Shown: positions 27,153-42,199 of the stretch, piece by piece
Position numbering within the stretch: the stretch's first letter is position 1
Layout: every line of letters starts with the position of its first letter
Source: the human T2T-CHM13v2.0 reference genome, Homo sapiens
Reading direction: 5' to 3' (one strand)
Length of the DNA: 64,000 bases
NCBI RefSeq assembly: GCF_009914755.1
Contig: NC_060932.1
Made by a program: the position numbers and the translations under genes
Notes under the pieces: generated by a model
The model's database searches: none
Seen by the model: the letters and a program-made list of their open reading frames with translations, nothing else
Told to the model about the DNA's origin: nothing

Positions 27153-30100
27153 GTTTGCCCACTTTTTAATAAGGTTTTTTGGTTTTTGCTTGTAAATTTG
27201 TTTAAGTTCCTTATGTAGTCTTTGTCAGATGTGTAGATTGCAAATATTTTCTCTCACTCTGTATATGTCTGTTTACTCTGTTGATAGTTTCCTTCCTGAA
27301 ACTAAAGAGCTATGCAGAAGCTCTTTAGTTTAATTAGATCCCATTTGTCAGTATTTGCTTTTGTTGCAATTGGTTTTGGTGTCTTCATTATGAAATTTTT
27401 GCCAATTCCTATGTTCAGAATGGTATTTCCTAGGTTATCTTCCAAGGTTCTTATAGTTTTAGGTTTTACATTTAGGTCTTTAGTCCATCTTGAGTTGATT
27501 TTTGTATATGGTGTAAGGTACGAGTCCAGTTTCAATCTTCTGCATATGGCTACCCAGTTATTCCAGTACCATTTATTGAATGGGGAATCCTTTCTCCATT
27601 GCTTGCTTTTATTACTTTTTTGTCAAAGATCAGATGGTCATGGGTGTGCAGCCTTATTTCTGGGCTCTCTATTATGTTCAGTTGTCTATGTGTCTGTTTT
27701 TGTACCTGTACCATGCTGTTTTAATTACTGTAGCCCTGTAGTATAGTTTGAAGTTGGGTAATGTGATGTCTCCAGCTTTGTTCTTTTTGCTTAGGATTGC
27801 CTTGGCTATTTGGGCTCTTTTTTGGTTCCATATAAATTTTTAAATACTTTTATTTTTCTAATTATGTGAAGAATGTCATCTGTAGTTTGATAGGAAAAGC
27901 ATTGAATTTGTAAATTGCTTTGGGCAGGCAGTATGGCCATTTTAACAATATTGATTCTTCCTATCTATGAAAATGAAATGTTTTACCATTTGTTACAAGT
28001 GTCATTTCTGATTTCTTTGAATAGTGTTTTGTAATTCTTGCTGTAGAGCTCTTTCACCTCCCTGGTTAGCTGTATTCCTGGGTATTTTATTCTTTTTGTG
28101 GCAATTGTGAATGGGATTCTTTTCATTTTGTTTCCTTTTGCCTGATTCCTCTCACCAGGATGTCCAATACTATGTTGAATAGGAGTAGTGAGAAAGGGCA
28201 TCCTTGTCTTGTTTTAAGTTTTAAAGGGGAATGCTTCCAGCTTTTGCCCATTGATTATTATGTTGGCTCTGGGTTTGTCATGGATGGGTCTTATTATTTT
28301 GAAGTATGTTTCTTCAGTGTCTAGTTTACTGAGGATTTTTTTACATGAAGGAATGTTGAATTTTATTGAAAGCCTTTTCACATCTATTGAGATTGTCATG
28401 TGGTTTTTGTTTTTAGTTTTGTTTATGTGATGAATTAAATTTATTGATTTGTGTATGTTGAACCAATTTTGCATCCCAGGGATAAAGCCTACTTGATTAT
28501 GGTGGATTAGCTCTTTGATGTGCTGCTGGATTTGATTTGCTAGTATTTTGTTGAGGATTTTTGCATCTATGTTCATCAAGGATATTGCCCTGAAATTTTC
28601 CTTTTTTGTTGTGTCTCTGCCAGGTTTTGGTATCAAGATAATACTGGCCTCAGAGTGAGTTGGGGAGGAGTCGTTTCTCCTCAATTTTTTCGAATAGTTT
28701 CAGTAGAAATGACATCAGCTCTTCCTTATACATCTGGTAGAATTAGGCTTTGAATTCATCTGGTCCTAAGCTGTTTTTTGGTTAGTAGGCTTTTTAATAC
28801 AGACTGAATTTTGGAACTCATTATGTTCCAAATGTTCCATTATGGTCTGTTCAGGGATTCAGTTTCTTCCTAGTTCAGTCTTGGGAGGGTGTGTGCATCC
28901 AGGAATTTATCCATTTCTTCTAAATTTTCTGGTTTGTGTTCATAGAGGTGTTCATAAATAGTCTCTGATGGTTTTTTTTTTTAATTTCTGTGAGGTCAGT
29001 GGTAATGTCCCCTTTATAATTTCCAGCTGTGTTTATTTGCATCTTCTTTTTTTTTTCTTTATTAGTCTAGTTAGCAGTCTTTCTATCTTGTTAATGTTTT
29101 CAAAGAACCAAGTCCTGGATTAATTGATTTTTTTTTGTATTGTTTTTCATGCCTCAATTTCATTCAGTTCAGCTCTGATTTTGTTTATCTCTTGTCTTCT
29201 GCTAGTTTGGGATTGGTTTTCTCTTGACTCTCTAGTTCTTTTAGTTGTGATATTAGGTTGTTAATTTGAGATCTTTCTAACTTTTGGATTTGGACATTTA
29301 GTGCTATAGACTTCCCTCTTACTGCCTTAGCTGTATCCCAGAGGTCCTGGTATGTCGTATCTTTGTTCAAACAATTTCTTGATTTCTGCCTCAATTTTAT
29401 TGTTACCCAAAAGTCATTCAGGAGCAGATCATTTATTTTTCATGCAATTGTATGGTTTTGAGTGATTTTCCTAGTCTTGATTTCTATTTTTATTGTGCTG
29501 TGGTCCAAGAGTGTGGTTGGTATGATTTTGGGTTTTTTGGAATTTTCTGAGTACTTTTTAAATTTTGAATTATCTCGCCAATTTTGGAGTACTGCAATGT
29601 GGTGATGAGAAGAATACATATTCTGTTGTTTTGGGATGGAGAGTTCTGTAGATGTCTATTAAGTCCATTTGGTCAAGTGCTGAGTTCAGGTCCTGAATAT
29701 CTTTGTTAATTTTCTGCCTCAATAATCTGTCTAATACTGTCAGTGGGATGTTGAAATCTCCCACTATTATTGTGTGGCAATCTAAGTGTCTTTGTAGGTC
29801 TCTAAGAACTTGCTTTATGAATCTGGGTGCTCCTGTGTTGGGTGCATATATGGTTAGGACAGTTAGATCTTCTTGTTGAATTGAACCCTTTACCATGCCC
29901 TTTTTTGTCCTTTATGATCTTTGTTGGTTTAAAGTTCATTTTATCTGGAATTAGGATTGCAACCCCTGCTTTTTTCTGTTTTCCATTTGCTTGGTAGATT
30001 TTTATCCATCCCTTTATTTTGAGCCTATGGATGCCACTGCATGTGAGATGAGTCTCTTGAAGATAGCATAACATTGGGTCTTGGTTCTTTATCCAGCTTG

Positions 30101-31738
30101 CCACTCTATGTCTTTTAATTGGGGTATTTAGCCTGTTTGCATTCAAGGTTAGTATTGATATGTGCAGATTTGATCTTTTCATCGTGTTGCTAGCTGGTTA
30201 TTATGCAGACTTGTTTGTGTGGTTCCTTATAGTGTCACTCGTCTGTGGGCTTAAGTGTGCTTTTGTAGTGGCTGATAATGGTCTTTCCATATTTATCATT
30301 CCTTTCAGGACTTCTTGTAAGACAGGTCTGGTGGTAATAAATTCCCTCAGTATTTGTTTGTCTGAAAGGGATCTTATTTCTGCTTCACTTCTGAATCTTA
30401 GTTTGGCTGGGTATGAAATTCTTGTTTGGAAACTTTTTCACTTAAGAATGCTGAATACAGACTCCAAATCTATTCTAGCTTTTAGGGTTTCTGTTGAAAA
30501 ACTGCTATTAGCCTGATGGGGTTCTCTTTGTAGGTGACCTGCCCCTTCTCTCTAGCTGGCTCTAAAATTTTTCTCTTTCATTTCAACATTGGACAGTCTG
30601 ATAATTATGTATCTTGGGGATGGTCTTTTTGTGTAATATCTCACAGGGATTCTCTGCATTTCCTGGATTTGAATGTTGGCCTCTCTAGTGAGGTTGGGGA
30701 AGTTCTCATGGAAAACATCCTAATATGTGTTTTCCAAGTTGCTTGCTTTCTCCTTGTCTCTTTCGTGGACACCAACAGGTCATAGATTTGGTCTCTTTAC
30801 ATAATCCCATATTTCTTGGAAGCTTTGTTCATTCTTTCTTCTTTATTTTTGTCTGATTTATTTCAGAGAGCTGATCTTTGAGCTCTGATATTCTTTCCTC
30901 AGTTTGGTCTATTCTACTGTTTATACTTGCAATTGCATTATGCAATTTTTGTAGTGTGTATTTCAGCTCTATCAGATCAGTTTGGTTCTTTTTTATAATG
31001 GCTGTTTCATCTATCAGCTCTTGTATTGTTTTATTTTGATTCTTGGGTTCCTTGAATTGGGTTTCAACATTCTCCTGAATCTCAGTGATCTTTGTTCTTG
31101 TCCATATTCTGAATTCTAGTTCTTTCATTTCAGCCATTTCAGCCTGGTTAAGAACCTTTGCTGAATAACTATTACAGTCATTTGGAGGAGAGAAGGCATT
31201 CTGGCCTTTGGGTTGCCAGATTTCTTGTGCTGGTTCTGTTTCATTTGTGTGGGGTTCCTTCAATCTTTGAAGTTGCTCTTTGGATGTTTTTTTTTTTCTT
31301 TTTTCTTCTCTGATGCCGTTTGGCTTGATTATTGTATAAGATGGGTTCAGTTGACTGACTTCAATTCTAGTCGGCTCTTGGGTCTTGGAGGAGTCTGTGT
31401 ACTATCTCCATGCCTGCATTTCTTTTGTTGGGTGTTCTGGTCCATGGGGCTCCCTCAGGCAGGAGCTGTAGTTGGCAGACAAGCTGTACCCTGGCCAGGT
31501 TGGCCCTAGTCTGCTGTCCTTGTGCTTCCTGGGGAAACTTGGGGTTGCACCTGCCTGCAGAATTCAGGTGGAAGCAGGACCACTGGGTTGGAAGCTGTCT
31601 GGGTGTGGCCCATCTGGTTATGAGAGGCAGGGAGATGCAGTTGCCCCCCTGCCACCTGGGTGTTTCCAGGGCAACAGGAGGATATGCCCCTCAGCAAATT
31701 CAGGCAGAAATAGGACCACTGATCTGGAAGCTCTAGCA

Positions 31739-32275
31739 CAGCAGTCCCCAACCTTTTTGGCACCAGGGACCAGTTTCATGGAAGATAAGTTTTCCACAGA
31801 TTGGAGTGGGGAGGGCAGGGGATGGTTACAGGGTGCCTAAAGCACATTACATTTATTGTGCACTCTATTTCTCTTATTATTACATTGTAATATATAATGA
31901 AATAATTATAAAACTCACCATAATTTAGAATCAGGGGAACCCTGAGCTTGTTTTCCTGCAACTAGATGGTCCCTTCTGGGGATGATGGGAGACAGTGACA
32001 GATCATCAGCCATTTGATTCTTACAAGGAGTGCACAGCCTACATCCCTCACATGTGCAGTTCACCATAGGGTTGTGCTCCTATGAGAATCTAATGCTGCC
32101 TTTTTATCCAGGAGACAGGAGGCAGAGCTCAGGCAGTAATGTGAGTGATGGGGAGTGGCTGTAAATACAGAAGAAACTTTGCTTGCTCGCCTACTGTTCA
32201 CCTCCTGCTGTACGGCCTGGTCCCTAACAGGCCATGAACCAGTACTGGTCAGTGGCCCAGGGGTGGGGACTCCTG
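31739..32275. mobile_element. MER1A (hAT-Charlie) inserted in the L1 5'UTR
   Basis: TIRs cagcagtcccc...ggggactcctg; perfect 8-bp TSD CTCTAGCA (31731-31738 / 32276-32283). Confidence 0.9.
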
Positions 32276-33195
32276 CTCTAGCAGGCATGGCTTTCCTGGC
32301 TACCAGTGGTGGGGGTCAGTGGGGACACTTGCCCTGCCATCCAGATGCTTCTTGGGATAACAGGAGGCTGCGCCCACTGGCTGAATTGCCACGGAAGCAA
32401 TACCTCTGGGCCAGAAGCTCTAGCAGGCTTGTTAGTACCAGTGGTGGGGGTGGGTGAAGGGACCAGCTGAATTTGGGACAAGGTGGGACTCCTGGGCCAG
32501 AACTGGCACCAAGCCCCATCCAGCAAGGGGGTGTGGAGCAAACTTACTGTTCCCAGGCACTGTAACTAAAGCCTCTATTGGGGCGATGGTGGCAGTGCTG
32601 ATCTGCTAAGGGACCCAAGGCTTGTACAGGTCCCCTTGAACTTGAGAGATGCCCCTGTAAAATGTCCAGGTGGCTCTCTGCCTCAGTCTAGAAGGTAGGA
32701 TGGTGCATGAGGGACCAGGGGAATTCTTCTATTTTCAGTCTTGCACAGTTCCTGTGGAGAGAATGAATCTCCCTGGGAGCTGTCACTCATTCACTCTTTC
32801 CTATGTTGGAGAGGTTTTCCTGGCTCCACACTGAGCCCAGACAGGCTGGTGCCCAGTTTCATTCCTCTCTGCTCTCTGTGTCCCCCGGCTTCCTTGATGG
32901 ATCCATGTGGTTTCTTAGATGATTGGCCCACAGGGTCAGTGATCACTAACCCGTTTGTTTCCTCTCCATGACAGTGGTGCACATTAGCGTCTTCAAGTCC
33001 GCCATCTTGCCCTGCCTGGAGTATATTTAAAAATCTCTGATCCTTCAATTTCTACATGGAGTCAATTATTTAGAACTCAAAATACAAACATGACAAAAAT
33101 AAACAAAATTCCTCCTGTTGATCTTTTCCAAACTTGGTATCTTTTAAAATATCTTTTAAGTGGTGTGTTTAAAAATATCTTTTAAAGTTCTGTCA

Positions 33196-33490
33196 GCCAG
33201 GCATGGTGGCTCGCACTTGTAATCCCAACACCTTGGGAGGCTCAGATAGGAGGATCACTTGAGGCAAGGAGTTTGAAACCATCCTGGGCACCATAGAGAG
33301 ACACTGTCTCTACAAAAAATTAAAACATTAGCTGGGCATGATGGCACATGTCTGTAGTTGTAACTACTTGGGAGACTGAGGCAGGAGGATTGCCTGAGCT
33401 CAGGAGATTGAGGCTACAGTGCACTGTGATAGCATCACTGTATTCCAGCCTGAGCGACAGAGTGAGACCCTGTCTCAAAAACAAAACAAA
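33196..33490 (+). mobile_element. Alu (AluJ-like)
   Basis: J-type motifs 'ggaggatcacttgagg' and 'ggaggattgcctgagc'; (CAAAA)n tail. Confidence 0.88.
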
Positions 33491-35314
33491 ATAATGTTGT
33501 TATACTTACATAAAAGATGTTTTGTTTCCTTATGTGCTTCATATCCCAGGACATTAATTTTTAGTAAGATTATTCCTCCTATAAATGCACCTCTTTTTCA
33601 CATACACTAATAACATACATTTTATCAGTGATTTTTGTTGTACATTTATAGGAAACAAGAGCTTAGCTACTACTGCATCAGCATGTTAGTAGGAAAGGTG
33701 TTGGAATCAGTCCATTCTGGATATTTAGTGATTGGAGAAATAATAACATTTAAGACCTCTGATGAGATATTATTATACCCCAACTCTTCAGAGTGTATTG
33801 ACATTCTAAGAGTTAAAGGTCAAGTGGAGGAAAAGAAGCCTCGCAAGGAAACTGAAAATGTGTACCTAAAGAGAGTGCAGGAGCTTATCATCGAAACAAA
33901 ACAAAATTGAGTCACAGTAGAAAGGGGACCATAGTTTGAAACCACAGTCCTATTATTTAAGTATATTGGAGAAGGGGTAAGTACACCAAGTAATTATCTG
34001 CACAGAGAAACATTCACAGTCGAAGAAATTCCCTAGGAAAAAATCATAACAGTTATCCATCAATATCTTTAAAAAAATTATTGTGGAGCATAATGGAGTT
34101 GTTGAGTTTGAAGAGTACACAAAGCTTCTTCAAATGGTGAACTGTTGAACCAGTGAAAATATATCAGGAAAGAAAAAAGTGGCCGATGGCTTTGTAGGGT
34201 CAATTGTAAGATAGTAATAGTAGCGTGAATAGTAACCACATCCTATGTGCCAGGCACTGAGCCAGGTGTTTAATGCACCTTAACTCTAATCTTTACTGAC
34301 ACTCTTGAAGTTTCAGGGTGCTCGGCCCATAAGCACAGAGTTTTGGAGTCTGACAGCTGGGTTATTGTTGTGACTCCGCCACTGTATGTTCTTGGGGGCT
34401 AGGCCAAATCTTGGTATGTCTTGCCTCCGATTCTGACAGGTCTACTCTCCCATCTCTACCTCTGAAGCTCTACCCAGCATATACCTCCTTGGATCAGGTA
34501 ATCTTTTATTTCAAGGAACTGGATCTGAGACTGGACTGCATCAACAAATACCTCCTTGTAAATCTTGATCTCTGACCTCTGGTACTGGGGACCCCTATTC
34601 TGGCTCTGTTCTTATTATTCTCACCAAATTTTAGTGAATTTCCTCTTACCTAGGTACTGTCTCCCATTGCTTCTAGGATGTGTTCCATGTCCTCCAGGAA
34701 CTAATGATGAGAAGGAACTAAAGTTTAGATTTAAAAAATGGGTCAGATCCAGGTAGTCAAATAATTCAGGAAGGAAGAGAAAGTTAAGTAAGGCAAGGTC
34801 AGGAGTGTTGGATAACATCTTCAGTAGGAGCCCAGCATGGGCTTGGCCCCAGACCAAGGATATCATTTAAAGTACAGAGTGTTGATGTAAAACAATGAAG
34901 CTCCTGTTCTTTGACCTCTGCACTCTTATGCATCAGTAGCACATAGAGGGCTCAGGATCCACAGGTGTGTAACTGTAGCTGGAAGAAACATTTAGAAGTG
35001 CAGAGGCACACTGCTTCTATGTGGGGCAGGAGCAGAGGGGCTGAGGTTAATGGAAAGGTCTTACTAGATTGTACAGCAAATCTCCAGGCAATCATGAAAA
35101 CCCACGCTTTCTATGTGCCTTGGAAAATATTATTCAATGAACATTTAATATTTCATTATTGTTATAGTTAGGATTTCAGTTTGAAGGCAGAACCAGATTT
35201 TGAGGTAGAGTTGAGTGTTGATGTAGTGAATTTTTAATGTGCTCTATTGTCTTTCATGTCTTTCAAGAGGACTGTCTTTCATGATAGTATTTTTATTTTT
35301 TGACAATGTAAGGG

Positions 35315-36790
35315 CTATTCACTCATTCAGCAAGCGACATTATTGTCAATTATGTGCTGCACACTGTGTTTGTGCTGGGAGGAGAAAGATAAGTAAGTTT
35401 CAGTTCCTGACATCAAGAAACCCTAAAATAGAGCAAACGGAACTTAGAATATAGTAGAATTATCTTTAGATGCAATACACTGTTAGGATGGCATGACACA
35501 TGTCAGTACTGAATGTCATGGGATTAAAGGATGACTCATTGATTTTATGGGGTTGGGAGGGTCAAGAAATCTCCACAGAGAAGGTTATTCTTGAAATGTG
35601 CCTGGAAAGTGAGTAAATGCTCTGTGAGTAAACAAGGACTAAGACACTCCAGGCCAAAGAATGCAGATGAACAGACATAAAAGTATAAGAAATGGGGCAT
35701 AGAGAAAAAACTGTAATTTGAGAAAAAAAATTCTGACAACATGGTGGATGGATAAAAAGAATGTTAGACTGGAGGCAGAGAGAGCCTGAGAGTATGATTT
35801 CTATGAGACTGAGTGAGGCAATAGCCACAAGTTGAAAACAAGGAGATCAATAGGAAAAATGATTTTGAAAAGGCAGAGTTAATAGGACTTGGTTGTGAAT
35901 TGGAATGAAGAAGAGGGAGGAGTCTAAGATGATACCCAGATTCTCAGCTGGGATAACTGGGTAGATAGTGGGCCATTCACTAAGATGAGGAAAGTTCAGA
36001 AGAGGAGCAAACATAGAGTAGAGATTGGAGACGGGTTTGAGACATCTGTGTTTAATCCAGTCAATATAGGCACTTTGAGATTACAGGAGAAATCTGACCT
36101 AGGGGCACGAATTTGAGTGATACTGATATGTAGGTGTTAACTGAAGATATAGGAATGGATAAGATAACATAGGAGAATGTTAATATTGGAAATAAATAAA
36201 GACAGTATCCCTGGCAATTACCAACATTAAAGGACCAGGGAGGAGAGGGATCTGGCAGGTAGAAGGAGCGGCAGCAATATTAGTAGCATGGGACTGAAGA
36301 GAGTCATTCTCTGTTAACCAAAGGAAGAATTATTCCAAGCAGAGAGATAACAGTATGGTCAGTTGATGCAGAGAAGCCAAGATTTTGAATAAAAAGAGAC
36401 TGGTAAATTAGGATGCCAAAGATGGCTTTTACCAGAGCAGTATCACAAGAGTAGTAAGAGCAGAATCTTGACGGCAGTTCACTGAAGAGGCAATAATGGA
36501 AGAAAGACTAGTCTTTGGATGAGCTTGCTGAGAAGAGATGGAGATAGCTAGTGGAGAATTAAAAGCCAATGAGTGTGTATTTTGAAATAGGAAGCTAAGC
36601 TTGTTTAAGCTTTTGAGAAGGAGCCTATGGAGAGGGCAAGATGTTGAAAAACAGGAGAAAGAAGAAATAACATTTAAAGTAAAGTACTTGAGGACATGGG
36701 AGGAAATGGATTCAGGAACCCAGGTGGAGAGGCTAGCTTAGAACAAGAAAGATACTTCTTCCTTTGAAACTTGGTGGAAGGAGGTGAGAT
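35315..36790 (-). mobile_element. L2 LINE fragment
   Basis: 'attcactcattcagcaag' 3' end and antisense L2 body ('ggagtctaagatgatacccag'). Confidence 0.65.
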
Positions 36791-37533
36791 TTGGCATAAC
36801 CGCAGTTCTGCCAAGCACGCTCCAAAACATCCTTCAAACATTCTCTTCCTTATGTTTTATTAGGACAGATGAAATCATTTGAATGTTTTCTTCAGGTTTT
36901 CATTCTTCCTCTGATATTTAATCAAACATGGGTGCTTGTTTATTAGTTGTGTTTTCATGTTTTTGATTTTTTTGAAGATGCAGTCTTTCTGGTACAAGCA
37001 TTTGCAAATTAAGAGTTATTAAATCCGTAAGAGCTGAAAAACCCTGATTGCCAGCCTTAATTACCAGCTTTAATTCTCTCGGTTGTGTGAATGTTGATGT
37101 CACAAGGCAAATTCCAAATGTTTGCTTACAGAAGTTCTTCTGACACAGTGTTTAAGAACTGCAAAAACTGAAGCTACTGTCCTTATGTAATATCCTCTGA
37201 AGTTTCCCTGAAAATAAAACCTTTAGTTTCTGGTTACCTACAGCCTGTCTCTCCTTTCTTTCCTGCGTCTCTCCCTTCCTACCTGCATCTTGTTCTTGTC
37301 TTCCTTCCTCCCAGCATTTTATTCAGTGCCACCATGCGCCAGGCCTGGGAAACATAGGAGAATGTTAATATTGGAAATAAATAAAGACAGTATCCCTGGC
37401 AATTACCAACATTAAAGGACCAGGGAGGAGGGGGATCTGGCTGTAGAAGGAGTGGCAATATTAGTAGCACGGGACTGAAGAGAGTCATTCTGTTAACCAA
37501 AGGAAGAATTATTTCAAGCAGAGAGATAACAGT
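36166..37533 (+). repeat. Dispersed direct duplication: 36166-36354 copied at 37351-37533
   Basis: First ~80 bp identical ('aacataggagaatgttaatattggaaataaataaagacagtatccctggc...'), remainder with few substitutions/indels. Confidence 0.93.
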
Positions 37534-38830
37534 GTAGCAATGGACCACCAGACATGGCTGTGTCCTTTTGGAGGTTGTATTCCAGTGGAGGAGATGGAGA
37601 ATAAATATATATATATATATAAATATAAATATAAACACAATGATTATAATTTGTGTTGTAAAGTGCTGTAAAATAAAGATAATTCTGTGGTAGAGAATGA
37701 GGTACATGTAAGGGGTCAGGCTTCTTTAGATAAGGTGGCCAGGGGATATTTCTCTAAGGAACATTTACTATCCAAGCAGAAGATGAAGAAGCAACTATGC
37801 AAAGAATAAGGAAAGAGTCTTCTTAGAAAAGGGAACAGGTCTGGCAGGGTCTAGGAATTATAGAGAGGCCAGTGTGGCTGCATCCCAGGGAGCAATGGGT
37901 TGAATAGGCTAAGAGAAAATGTTTTGTGGGGCCTTGCAGAGTTTGGGTTATATTCCAAATGCTCTGGGAAGTAAATGATTTTTTTTTCTTACATAGGAAC
38001 TGACATAAATCTACATATACTTTTAAAAGAGTACTTGACTGCTGGATGAAGAGTAGATTGGAGAGGGACACATAAGAAGCAGAGAGATCAGTCAGATATT
38101 GAATGGATTAGTCCAGGTGAGACATGATGGTGGCTCAAACTAGGGTAGTGGCAGAGGAGACAGAGACAGTGGAGAGTATTCTAAGTATATTTTGGAGGTA
38201 GAAATGACTGATGGACTGAAGGCAGAAGGATTGTGAATGTGGGTAAGGAAAGGATCAGGGTTGACTTGTATGTTTCTGGCTTGTGAAACTGCCCCTTACC
38301 ATGATTGGGAACATCAGGAAAAGAAGAGTTTTGGGAGGTGTGGATGGAGAAGAAGCAAAAGATCTGTACTGGATTTGTTAAATCTGAGATACCTATGAAA
38401 CATCCAAATGGAGATATCAAATAAGCAGTTGGATATATATGTCTGTTTCCTGGATCTTTTAAATATAAATTTGGATGTCACAAAAAATAGAAAGTATTTG
38501 AAGGTACAGGAATGGCTTGGGGAAAAGTGTACAAAAAAAGAAAAGAGAAGCTCTGGGACATTTAGAGGTCAAGTATTGGAGAAGGAGTATTGGAGAAGGA
38601 GAAGGAGATAGTGACCGAAAAGAAATAGTCAGTGAGACAGGAGGAAACTAAGCCAAAGCCAGAAGAGTATGTCAAGAAAAAGAAGTACCTTTCTATGTGG
38701 AAAGGTGAGAGAAGTTGCTTAAGATGAGGGAAGAAAAGTGCCCACTGAATTTTCAACACAAAGATTGTTGGTGAACTTGACAAAAATAGTTTCCATGGAA
38801 TATGTAAGCCATATTGGAGTAGGTTGATAA
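37310..38830 (-). mobile_element. L2 LINE fragment interrupted by a local 183-bp duplication
   Basis: L2 motifs 'gtccaggtgagacatgatggtggct' and 'catccaaatggagatatcaaataagcagttggatat'. Confidence 0.7.
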
Positions 38831-39239
38831 ACACTATAACACTTCTTATTTTAGAATTCAAATTCAAATTATTTTGAAAAGACAAATGAATTCTAAAATA
38901 AGAATTCAAATGAATGAGAGCTAACTCACAAATATGTAAACACATGATTTTACCATTTTAGGAATATTCCTAGGAGCTAATAATGTCCTTGTGGTTTTCA
39001 CATAGATCTCTTCTCTGACTACAGCCAGCTCTCAACTTTTTCACTAAATTCAGATTCAGTACTAGTTATGTTTTATGAATGACTTAAGTAAATTGACTAA
39101 TAATATTGGCTGTCGATAACAAATCAAGTAGAATGATCTTCCCTTTGAACATACAGATTAAAATATAAGTTTCCATGAGAACAGAAGTAGAATGTAAGAT
39201 TAATATGGGCGAATTCAGAAGATATTGAAATCCGTATCT

Positions 39240-40375
39240 CTAGCCCTTACTCTTACATGTGAGTATCAGACACATACTTCTACCTTGAATCCCCTGCCTG
39301 AATGACCCAGAATCAACTCAAATTCAACACAGTCTACCATGGAAATTATTACATGATTCCTTAAATTGCTCATCTTTCTCATGCAATTGACCAAACTAGG
39401 AACTAGAAAATGATCCTAGATTTCGCACTGTGCTCCACTTATTACAAATCACAGATTTCTCCCTTTCTATGTTGTAAATAATTCAATAAAGCAATATAAA
39501 CATTGCCAATTTCTTATTTTATACCCTCATCATTTCTTGCTTTAATTGTGGCAGCAGCAATCTCCCAACTCGTACTGCTACCATAAGTCTTAACCCTCTT
39601 CAATCAGCTTTCTATATAGCCACCAACGTAATGTTTTAAAAACACTAATGTGCAACATGGAGACTATGTTTGACCTTGACAAGTATAGTTTTAGTGAAGT
39701 GGTAGCAACAAGAGCCACAAAGTACTGGGTTGATGAATTGTCTTACTCTGTTTCTTTAGAGTCTGATATGACTCTCATTGGCAATAACATAGAGACCAAA
39801 TGCATTTAAGTTTTATACTCTATCTCCAATTTATTTTTCAAGACTTGATTCCCTGCTCTGTATCTTATCTTTTCTACATTTGTGTGTAGTGAAATTCTAC
39901 ACTTTTGCTATGCTGGAGTAGTTTTTTTTCCCAGAACATTTTATGTTTTCTCACACCCTCATGTTACCTTTTCCTGAAATGCCCTCCATCCTTTTTCCAT
40001 CTTATTCTTTAGGGTGCAGTTTAAATACCATCTCTGTTGACATCTGCCATAGTATATTGTTGCAATTTTCATGTCATTGCGTTGTCATTACAGGAGATAC
40101 CAGCTGCTATTTTAAAGTAAGAAAAGCAGGGTTGGGGGAGGGATTCCTGTGGTTTCTACTCTGCCTTACTCTTAAGATAAAAACTTTGCTAACCCCATTT
40201 GAAGGAAGCGAGTCATTATCTCAGGGTCCCATTGCAGTTGTTTATTTGTCTACTTCCCTTGCAATATCTGAGCTTCTTAATGGCAGGGTCAGGGTCTTAT
40301 TAATTTTTGTATTCCCAGCACTTAGCTCATAGAAGATACACACAGATGTAGAATAAATAACATTTAAATGAATAC
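39240..40375 (+). mobile_element. L2 LINE fragment(s)
   Basis: 'tcaactcaaattcaaca' and 3' end 'tctgagcttcttaatggcagggtc...gtattcccagcacttagc'. Confidence 0.55.
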
Positions 40376-40796
40376 ATAGGTGATCCCTAAGGATTAGCCT
40401 TGTTCATGCATGGCAAGGGATAAAAAGGAGGCAAGTAGATCAATGAATTCTAATAAGCATTGTTGTGCTGTTGTATTTTGAAAGATACAGCAAAGTGTCT
40501 AATAATATGAGGAAGTGATGGTTTCTCACACTAGTCAAATTTCACTATTGACCTAGTTTTTGCTGAAGTGCACATGTGGTTTTAGGGCTCACGAGTCAAG
40601 TATAGCTCAGCAGTTTTAAAGACTTGAAGAAGAGGCTTGTAAAAGACTGTGTCTATTCAGCTTACTATGGGAATAATCATTCTCTTAATTATATATTTTA
40701 AGGTCTTTTAAAACAGACACCACTTAGAAATGTGTGTGTGTGTTGGTGGGGGTGGAGTTTTAGCAAAGCTTTTATTCACCAAAAGAAGACTGGCTG

Positions 40797-42180
<1,384 letters not shown>

Positions 42181-42199
42181 AAAAAGATGATTGGCTAAA

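Noticed and set aside
27302-31263. Endonuclease/RT/coiled-coil-like ORFs
   Set aside because: Broken L1 ORF2/ORF1 with many stops, frameshifts and deletions; not an active element or a novel RT system
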